Sequence record: MW364973.1
Length of the DNA stretch: 43,266 bases
DNA from: Staphylococcus phage vB_SepS_456
Strand: one strand, 5' to 3'
Positions 37,047-43,266 of the stretch are shown here, piece after piece; the stretch's first letter is position 1; every line of letters starts with the position of its first letter. A model generated the notes under the pieces. That model did not search any database. It saw only the letters and a program-made list of their open reading frames with translations, and was not told where the DNA came from. The translations under genes were made by a program, and so were the position numbers.

Positions 37047-37269
37047 AAAGCAATACATGTTGTATCAAATTGATGGTTGGGAGATGTGTAGTGTAACGCC
37101 GTTAGGAGAAGATACATTCAAACTAGGTAACTATGCAGGCATACACTTTAGAAACACATTTTCAGGAATAGTAACGAAAGATGAGCTAGAAAAACTGAAA
37201 CGCAAACACAAGTTGTTCAGAAAAGAAGAACTGCAACAGCAAATGACAATTAACGAATTATTATTTTGA
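37024..37269 (+). CDS. Hypothetical protein
   Basis: Start moved to ATG 37024 (RBS ggagg + 7 nt). Confidence 0.4.
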   Translation: MGLIDGLKKQYMLYQIDGWEMCSVTPLGEDTFKLGNYAGIHFRNTFSGIVTKDELEKLKRKHKLFRKEELQQQMTINELLF

Positions 37270-37278
37270 GGTGGAACT

Positions 37279-37695
37279 TTGAGTAAATACAATTCTAAAA
37301 AAGTTGAATATAAAGGTTTTGTGTTCGATAGCAAAATTGAATGCGACTATTACCAACATTTAGAACGTAACTTAGGTAAGGGATATGATCATATCGAATT
37401 ACAACCTAGATATGAGTTGATACCTAAGTTTGATAACCAACGTAAAACAGAATATATAGCCGACTTTGCATTATGGAAAAATAACAAGCTGCTAGAAGTG
37501 ATAGACGTAAAAGGTATGCCAACAGAAGTAGCGAAGTTGAAAGCGAAGATATTCAGATATCAAAACAGAGAAGTACCACTCACGTGGATATGTAAAGCAC
37601 CTAAATATACAGGTCAAGAGTGGATAACGTATGAAGAATTAATTAAGGTACGCAGAAATCGTAAAAAGGAGAAGATGAAGAATGGTAAAGATTAA
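37279..37695 (+). CDS. DUF1064-like PD-(D/E)xK nuclease
   Basis: 138 aa; ..EYIADF..LLEVIDVKG.. (D..E.D.K arrangement). Confidence 0.5.
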   Translation: MSKYNSKKVEYKGFVFDSKIECDYYQHLERNLGKGYDHIELQPRYELIPKFDNQRKTEYIADFALWKNNKLLEVIDVKGMPTEVAKLKAKIFRYQNREVPLTWICKAPKYTGQEWITYEELIKVRRNRKKEKMKNGKD

Positions 37696-38146
37696 ACGAA
37701 AAGTAGCATTAGAACCTAAAGAATTTTTAAAGTATTTATTAAAAAAAGAAGAAACAACAGTAGAGTTAAACGGTTATACGAGTGATGGTGAAATATTTTC
37801 ATTCGAACCAGAAGTAACTATAAATGAATTTGTGAGTTATTACCCATATGACAATACTTACACGGTAGAAATCGAAGAAGAAGTTACGGAAGAAACAAAA
37901 CTCCCTAAATGTTTAGAAATTTCTTTTGATCGAAAAAGTGGCAGAGACGTGGCGGTCGTTCATGAAAATTGCTCGGTTAAACAATTAACTGATAGAAATC
38001 CTGAACATTCACTAGATATAAGAACTATCCATCTAGTAAACGATGACGGAACGGTTGAACTCATCTGGAAAGATGGCGAAATGGTAGGTGATGAGCAATG
38101 GCTAACAGAGAAGAAACAATTGAAGTTGAAGCGACACTCAAAGTGA
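37682..38146 (+). CDS. Hypothetical protein
   Basis: 154 aa. Confidence 0.4.
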   Translation: MVKIKRKVALEPKEFLKYLLKKEETTVELNGYTSDGEIFSFEPEVTINEFVSYYPYDNTYTVEIEEEVTEETKLPKCLEISFDRKSGRDVAVVHENCSVKQLTDRNPEHSLDIRTIHLVNDDGTVELIWKDGEMVGDEQWLTEKKQLKLKRHSK

Positions 38147-38289
38147 GATGTAAATATCCAGTATGGATAAACAATCATATTACGAGAGATGAAGAAAAAG
38201 AGCGGATTTTAGATTTAATCAGTAAGAACCCTGACAAAGAGTTGATGAGCGAAGATTTTAAACTAGTTGAATTAATAGAGGTGGAATAA
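38098..38289 (+). CDS. Hypothetical protein
   Basis: 63 aa overlapping ORF. Confidence 0.3.
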   Translation: MANREETIEVEATLKVRCKYPVWINNHITRDEEKERILDLISKNPDKELMSEDFKLVELIEVE

Positions 38290-38649
38290 ATGGAAGCAAC
38301 AAAAATGAGAGTTAAAAATAAATACTTCTCTATTACACCTAATGTAGTAGAGAAAATGAAAGAAGCAGATATCAATCCCGATATCTTAAGACAAAGATTA
38401 GCTTCTGGTTGGAAGTTTGAAGATGCAATAGAAGCTCCTTTGGGAGTAAGACGTAGTGAATGGGATAGTTTAAAACCTAAAGAGGACGGAATCGCTAGTT
38501 ATAAAGAGAGAATGGCACAACGTAGATTACAAGAGTTGAAACGTAAGAAACCACATTTATTCACAGTGCCTCAAAAACACCCTCGTGGTGAATGGTGCAA
38601 GCATCTTATGGAGAATGACATATTCCCTAGAAAGGTGGTTAGATCATGA
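38290..38649 (+). CDS. Hypothetical protein
   Basis: 119 aa. Confidence 0.4.
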   Translation: MEATKMRVKNKYFSITPNVVEKMKEADINPDILRQRLASGWKFEDAIEAPLGVRRSEWDSLKPKEDGIASYKERMAQRRLQELKRKKPHLFTVPQKHPRGEWCKHLMENDIFPRKVVRS

Positions 38650-39080
38650 GTGTTGGAGATTTAAGTATAGGAGAATATATAAAATTTTCTGATAGAGACA
38701 ACAAGCAAAGGTACGGGCAAGTATTGAACGTATATCAAGATGTATTTTATTTAAAATACGTCGCGGTAGTAAAAGTTGATGGTATTGGCACTATTAAAAT
38801 AGACGATAACTATGACTTTATTAGCGTACCTAAACCAACTAGCAAAGAAGTGGAAAAGACATTAGATGACAAGGTTAACCACCCGTCACATTATACGTAT
38901 GGAGATATAGAAATAATGGATTTTATAGAGCAGGTCACTAAAGATTATAAACCAGAGTTAGCATTTGCTATTGGTAACGCAATCAAGTATATAAGTCGGG
39001 CTAATCGTAAGAACGGTAAAGAAGATTTAGACAAAGCACGTTGGTATCTAAACAGAGCATTTGAGAAGTGGGAGGGGTAA
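38646..39080 (+). CDS. DUF3310-family protein
   Basis: 144 aa; ..VNHPSHYTYGDIE.. signature. Confidence 0.55.
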   Translation: MSVGDLSIGEYIKFSDRDNKQRYGQVLNVYQDVFYLKYVAVVKVDGIGTIKIDDNYDFISVPKPTSKEVEKTLDDKVNHPSHYTYGDIEIMDFIEQVTKDYKPELAFAIGNAIKYISRANRKNGKEDLDKARWYLNRAFEKWEG

Positions 39081-39082
39081 GC

Positions 39083-39763
39083 ATGGTGTATATGTACGAA
39101 CCATTTAGCCACACAGTGACTAAGACAGACCTATCTCATTTACACAACATTACAGGTATTCCACTAAACACACTGTGGTACCAAAAAGAACGTGGCACAT
39201 ATAACGATAAGCTGAAGTGTTTCTTTACCGACACAATGCCTAGAGTGAATAAGAAACAGGAGTTTAACGAAAGAGTTGTAGCAAAAGATGAAATTTGGAA
39301 GTATAGCGAGAAGTACGATCTATACGTGAGTAACTTAGGCAGAATGAAAAGACCTGATGGTAAATATAAATTCGCGAATGGATGTAACGGTATTTCCACA
39401 GTTATTTATAAAAATAAGAAGTATCGTGCAGCAGATATTGTATATGAAACGTTTATCGGTAACTTGAAAAATGGATTACACGCATATCCGAAAGATAGTA
39501 GATACAACAACTTTATTGCAGATAACCTATTCCAATCTACATTACAGAAATATAGAGTGTATCGCAGAAATAAAGGCGTATCTAAGCCAGTATATCTTGT
39601 CGATAATAACAACCAAATTGTTGAAGAATTCGCAAGTACAGTAGAAGCTCAAAAGGTATTATTCATCGACAGACGCAACATTGCTAGAAAGTGCAACCGT
39701 AGATATGTGAGTGACGGATTAATGTATATGTGGGCGGACGAATACGAGAAGATGAACGCATGA
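39083..39763 (+). CDS. Free-standing HNH homing endonuclease (NUMOD4 + HNH_3-like + C-terminal NUMOD1/IENR-like DNA-binding)
   Basis: NUMOD4-like YDLYVSNLGRMKRPDGKY; HNH_3-like GLHAYPKDSRYNNFIADNLFQST (H..D..NN.I.DNL...T); C-terminal ..IVEEFASTVEAQKVLFIDRRNIARKC.. HTH-like; start moved to ATG 39083 (RBS ggagggg). Confidence 0.6.
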   Translation: MVYMYEPFSHTVTKTDLSHLHNITGIPLNTLWYQKERGTYNDKLKCFFTDTMPRVNKKQEFNERVVAKDEIWKYSEKYDLYVSNLGRMKRPDGKYKFANGCNGISTVIYKNKKYRAADIVYETFIGNLKNGLHAYPKDSRYNNFIADNLFQSTLQKYRVYRRNKGVSKPVYLVDNNNQIVEEFASTVEAQKVLFIDRRNIARKCNRRYVSDGLMYMWADEYEKMNA

Positions 39764-39945
39764 TACTATCCGACACAATCAACCAACGCTATCGCTACAA
39801 CACACAAGGTAAGACGCCTACAGAGATACAACAGGAATTACGCAAGTTAGGTGTCAAAGGCTTTGTGGTTAAGATAGCAGGAAACAGAGTGACGATGAAA
39901 GTTAGTGAAAACGATATTAAAAAGAACAGGGAGTGTTTGAGATAG
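39760..39945 (+). CDS. Hypothetical protein
   Basis: 61 aa from an ATGA-overlapped start. Confidence 0.35.
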   Translation: MILSDTINQRYRYNTQGKTPTEIQQELRKLGVKGFVVKIAGNRVTMKVSENDIKKNRECLR

Positions 39946-40289
39946 ATATAAAAAATCATTTATATACTTTCCAAGCTATATGTACCAATGTAGTTGACGG
40001 TGACACGATAGATATTTTACTGGATTTAGGCTTCAAGACAACTGCAGAACGTAGAGTGAGGTTACTTAATGTAGATACACCTGAAAGAGGTCAAGAGAAC
40101 TATAAAGAAGCTACCGACTTTACTAAATCGTGTGTAGAAAACAAAGATATATACGTTCAGACCTACAAGAGCGATGTGTTCGGTAGATACCTAGCTAATG
40201 TGTGGTACGAGGACGGGAAACGTAGTTTGAATGATGAGTTAAGAAATGCAGGGCTATTGAAAGAGAATTCTAAATGGAATGAGGGATAG
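39933..40289 (+). CDS. Staphylococcal-nuclease-like (SNase/thermonuclease fold) protein
   Basis: 118 aa; ..VVDGDTIDIL..RVRLLNVDTPE.. block typical of the SNc domain; exact start uncertain (GTG). Confidence 0.55.
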   Translation: MFEIDIKNHLYTFQAICTNVVDGDTIDILLDLGFKTTAERRVRLLNVDTPERGQENYKEATDFTKSCVENKDIYVQTYKSDVFGRYLANVWYEDGKRSLNDELRNAGLLKENSKWNEG

Positions 40290-40292
40290 TAA

Positions 40293-40526
40293 ATGAACGC
40301 AGAAGCTAAGTTTGTATCTAGTGTTATGGACGCTAGATTGAAGAAGGTTAAAAGAGAACGTGACAGTTTCCGTAAGCAACGTGATGAACTTATCAATGAT
40401 ATGGCAGAAACGAAAAAGAAAGCGAAGGCGTTTGATGAGATTTTAAACGTTGACTATATAGTAACGCCTGATGATTATGCACATGAAATCACAAAAATTG
40501 TAGATAAATACTGGGAGGAACAATAA
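40293..40526 (+). CDS. Hypothetical coiled-coil protein
   Basis: 77 aa. Confidence 0.4.
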   Translation: MNAEAKFVSSVMDARLKKVKRERDSFRKQRDELINDMAETKKKAKAFDEILNVDYIVTPDDYAHEITKIVDKYWEEQ

Positions 40527-40555
40527 ATGACTATAAAAACAATTGGAGGCTTGCA

Positions 40556-40735
40556 ATGAACAATAGAGAGTTTATTCAACGCTGTATAGTATCTTCTACA
40601 GCTTTTACAGGGCATGACGGGTGTTTACTAATCAAAGAGATTAACGAAGTATATCGTAAGGCGGAGCTGTACGACAAGATTGTTGAAAGTAATTCAAAGA
40701 GTTTAGTAGAAAATGGAGGAACAATAAATGACTAA
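40556..40735 (+). CDS. Small protein (59 aa)
   Basis: Not in track; RBS ggagg + 6 nt; overlaps the dut start. Confidence 0.4.
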   Translation: MNNREFIQRCIVSSTAFTGHDGCLLIKEINEVYRKAELYDKIVESNSKSLVENGGTIND

Positions 40736-41270
40736 AGAACTAGAAATTAAATTATTAACAGAAAATGCGACTATGCCAAAGAGAGATAGGTTAGATGCTG
40801 GGTACGATATCTATTCAGCAGAAACAGTAATACTTGAGCCACAGGAAAAAGCAGTAATTAAAACAGATATAGCAGTAAACATACCTGAAGGATATGTAGG
40901 GTTGTTAACTTCAAGAAGTGGTGTAAGTAGCAAAACGCATTTAGTGATTGAAACTGGCAAGATTGACGCCGGCTATCAAGGTAATTTAGGGATTAATATT
41001 AAGAATGATATGGAACAAGATAACTCCATGAGTATATACGATGATTTAGACGGGCAATTAGATGACGATGTGGTCAGTGTATTGAATATAAAAGGAGACT
41101 TTATTCAAGGAAATAATAGTTTCAATAAAACTGTTTACCAAATCAATAAAGGCGACAAACTAGCACAGTTAGTTATCGTACCTATTTGGACACCAGAGTT
41201 AAAAGAAGTAGAGGGGTTTAGCAGTGAGTCAGAAAGAGGAGAGCGAGGGTTTGGATCAACAGGGTTCTAA
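40728..41270 (+). CDS. dut: Trimeric dUTPase with phage-specific extra motif-VI insertion
   Basis: 180 aa; dUTPase motifs (..RSGVSSK.., ..IDAGYQG.., C-terminal ..GERGFGSTGF) plus ~40-aa insertion DMEQDNSMSIYDDLDGQLDDDVVSVLNIKGDFIQGNN. Confidence 0.85.
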   Translation: MTKELEIKLLTENATMPKRDRLDAGYDIYSAETVILEPQEKAVIKTDIAVNIPEGYVGLLTSRSGVSSKTHLVIETGKIDAGYQGNLGINIKNDMEQDNSMSIYDDLDGQLDDDVVSVLNIKGDFIQGNNSFNKTVYQINKGDKLAQLVIVPIWTPELKEVEGFSSESERGERGFGSTGF

Positions 41271-41306
41271 AGACATATACGAAAGAGTAAAAGAGGTGCT
41301 AGGGAA

Positions 41307-41540
41307 GTGAAATTATTAAGTTTAATTGCAATAGTTTTTTTGACAGTGCTTCTAGGTTGGTTTATTGAATGTAAATTTAAGACCAAATTTTTAAATGCAA
41401 TTAGTGAACTTGCAGGGGTGTTTTTGATTGTCGTGGTATTACTAATCGGACATCATTCCGATAACTCATTGACAGCAACTGTTATGATACTCGCATTATT
41501 CTTATCGATTATAAAAAAACGTGTGATTAATAAGGAGTGA
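41307..41540 (+). CDS. Small membrane protein (3 predicted TM)
   Basis: 77 aa, hydrophobic throughout. Confidence 0.45.
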   Translation: MKLLSLIAIVFLTVLLGWFIECKFKTKFLNAISELAGVFLIVVVLLIGHHSDNSLTATVMILALFLSIIKKRVINKE

Positions 41541-41549
41541 TACCATACA

Positions 41550-41801
41550 ATGCCATTAGATAAAACAAGAGTGTTAATGATGAACGGTATTTATAAAGTT
41601 GACGGAAAAGATAATAATGATGAATTCATTCAATATAATGATTTCCTTAAGCGTAAAACTTTCTTTCAATGTCCCAAATGCAAAAGTTTAAATGTAGAGG
41701 TTGATAATTTATTTGTTGAAAGAATTGCATTTAATAATACTAAACGATGCTTAGACTGCGCTTATTTAGTTGTATCTGATTTTCAAGGAGGAGAAGAATG
41801 A
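41550..41801 (+). CDS. Small Zn-ribbon protein
   Basis: 83 aa; CPKC..(17)..CLDC. Confidence 0.45.
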   Translation: MPLDKTRVLMMNGIYKVDGKDNNDEFIQYNDFLKRKTFFQCPKCKSLNVEVDNLFVERIAFNNTKRCLDCAYLVVSDFQGGEE

Positions 41802-41968
41802 TTAAACACATTTCGAAACTAATATTCATGTTGGCGATGTATGAGTTAGGTAAATGGATTGGTAGAGAGTTGTATTATAAGTTTACTGCATACGATGAGG
41901 TGGAAGTACCTAAAGACTTTGACGAACACGACCACGTTCATTTGAACGGTATATACGGAGGTTATTAA
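41798..41968 (+). CDS. Small membrane protein (56 aa)
   Basis: Not in track; ATGA overlap; RBS aaggaggag; one TM. Confidence 0.4.
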   Translation: MIKHISKLIFMLAMYELGKWIGRELYYKFTAYDEVEVPKDFDEHDHVHLNGIYGGY

Positions 41969-41971
41969 AGT

Positions 41972-42172
41972 ATGGGCGAAATTATAATTATGATTACAAA
42001 TATAACATTGTCTATGGTCTTTATTTTAATGGCGATATTTCTAATATATCTTTTTGTCGAAGGGATTAAAGACAAGGAATATGTAACGATTGGGTTTTCC
42101 GTTACCATGTTTTTACTTTCTATCTTGCTATTTTTACACTTTTTATATTTTGGGATTTTAGGAGGTTATTAA
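41972..42172 (+). CDS. Small membrane protein (2 TM)
   Basis: 66 aa. Confidence 0.45.
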   Translation: MGEIIIMITNITLSMVFILMAIFLIYLFVEGIKDKEYVTIGFSVTMFLLSILLFLHFLYFGILGGY

Positions 42173-42173
42173 T

Positions 42174-42572
42174 GTGATTTGGATAAGTTTTTCATCGGTA
42201 ATAATTGTGTTAGTACTGTGTATTTTTGCTATATATAAGTGGATTAAAGCAGAGAAAAGAGTTAATGAGTTACAGGAAGATAAACATGGATTGCAATTAG
42301 ATAAGTTACATTTAGAAAGAGAGGTATCTTGGTTGAAAAATAAGGATAATAAAAACAACATAGGCAAATACGTGGTTGAGTTAAAAAAAGGAGTATATTT
42401 AGTGAAAAAATATATAGGTAGTTATGGAAACACATGCATAATCACTGACAATGTATTTGAAGCTTTATCTTACGACGATTTATATTCAGCTAAAGAAGAT
42501 GCATGTAGTTTTAACGGACGTGTACTAGAACACAAACCTAATTTAGAGGTGGTCAAACAATGTGGGGCGTAA
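42174..42572 (+). CDS. Membrane-anchored protein (N-terminal TM, coiled coil, C-terminal Cys-containing domain)
   Basis: 132 aa. Confidence 0.45.
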   Translation: MIWISFSSVIIVLVLCIFAIYKWIKAEKRVNELQEDKHGLQLDKLHLEREVSWLKNKDNKNNIGKYVVELKKGVYLVKKYIGSYGNTCIITDNVFEALSYDDLYSAKEDACSFNGRVLEHKPNLEVVKQCGA

Positions 42573-42700
42573 TAGCAATCATTATATTAGTTTTACTACT
42601 ATTTGGCTCTATACTTGAACAGAATGATCTAAAACATCAGTTAGAAGTGAAAGAGTATGAAATTGAAGTGTTAAGAGATAAGTTGGAGAATGGAGGGTAA
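42560..42700 (+). CDS. Small membrane protein (46 aa)
   Basis: Not in track; MWGVIAIIILVLLLFGS.. then amphipathic tail. Confidence 0.35.
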   Translation: MWGVIAIIILVLLLFGSILEQNDLKHQLEVKEYEIEVLRDKLENGG

Positions 42701-42702
42701 GT

Positions 42703-43119
42703 ATGATAACGATTGAACGACACGATATAAAGAAGTTAGAAGATTATATCAAGAACATAGAACGCTACAGACGAGAGTTAAAAGTAAGAGAGTATGAACT
42801 ACTAGAAAATCACGAACCCGAGAATGTAGGAGCAGGTAAGAGTAATATACCAGGTAATCCTATCGAGAGAGAATCAATTAAGAAGTTAAGCGACAATCGT
42901 TATAACAACTTACGTAACATTGTAAAAGGTGTAGATAAGCTCATTTATGAATCAGATGAAGACACACAAGACTTAATGCGCTTGAGATACTGGGAATGTC
43001 CGATAGGTTGTAGTGAGTGGGAAGATATAGCTGAATACTTCGGAACAAGTAAGACGAGTATATTAAGACGACGTGACGCGATGATAAATAGATTGGCAGA
43101 ATTCATAGGTTATGTGTAA
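42703..43119 (+). CDS. Late-gene transcriptional activator, RinA/ArpU-like
   Basis: 138 aa; last gene before terS (circular order); C-terminal HTH-like ..SKTSILRRRDAMINRLAEFIG. Confidence 0.5.
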   Translation: MITIERHDIKKLEDYIKNIERYRRELKVREYELLENHEPENVGAGKSNIPGNPIERESIKKLSDNRYNNLRNIVKGVDKLIYESDEDTQDLMRLRYWECPIGCSEWEDIAEYFGTSKTSILRRRDAMINRLAEFIGYV

Positions 43120-43266
43120 GGTGGACTTTTGAAGTGTGTAAGTCCGTTTATAATCGGTGTATTATGATATTGTAAGAATTACCTCACAAGACATAGTGTT
43201 TATCCTTTCGCACTATGGTGGGGTATTCAATATCGAAGTGATTGGATAAGTGTTTATCGTCCTTGA

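Noticed and set aside
1-43266. Search for tRNA, rRNA, tmRNA, retron or DGR reverse-transcriptase signatures
   Set aside because: No cloverleaf-like GC-rich segments, no RT motifs (YxDD) in any ORF, and no rRNA-like conserved blocks were seen.

Overview
This window looks like a complete (or nearly complete) Staphylococcus-type temperate siphovirus genome of about 43.3 kb, linearised just upstream of the small terminase gene. It is strongly AT-rich, uses AGGAGG-type ribosome-binding sites, and the genes are densely packed. Gene order on the + strand is a late promoter region, then terS and terL, portal, Mu-F-like minor head protein, scaffold, major capsid, head-tail connectors, major tail protein with a strong terminator after it, and the G/GT tail chaperones with a clean T_TTT_TTC -1 frameshift site. 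These are followed by the tape measure protein, Dit, a Tal protein with an SGNH esterase domain, a beta-helix fibre protein, two paralogous fibre / XkdW-like / XkdX-like modules, a virion CHAP-glucosaminidase, then holin and a CHAP-Amidase_3-SH3b endolysin. After the lysis-cassette terminator comes an AT-rich accessory ('moron') gene with its own promoter, encoding a Zn-ribbon + Vsr/DUF559-like nuclease-core + C-terminal HTH protein; this is my lead candidate for something undescribed. Next are a candidate attP and a leftward lysogeny operon: cI (XRE-type), an ImmA-like protein, a disordered lipoprotein and a large serine integrase. Both lysogeny keys carry lesions: cI has an in-frame TGA at codon 41 inside the HTH, and int has a 5-bp tandem duplication (CTGAC CTGAC on the + strand) just before the catalytic Ser codon. 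The rest of the genome is intact, which suggests a virulent (clear-plaque) derivative or a locked-in prophage. The rightward early operon carries cro, Rha, Sak (Rad52-like) + SSB, an HNH/DUF968-like protein, a DnaD-like replisome organiser with internal iterons, a DnaB-like helicase, a DUF1064 nuclease, DUF3310, a free-standing NUMOD4-HNH homing endonuclease, an SNase-like nuclease, a dUTPase with a motif-VI insertion, a run of small membrane proteins and a RinA/ArpU-like late activator. I found no rRNA, tRNA or CRISPR. All functional calls come from recognising motifs by eye; no database search was possible.
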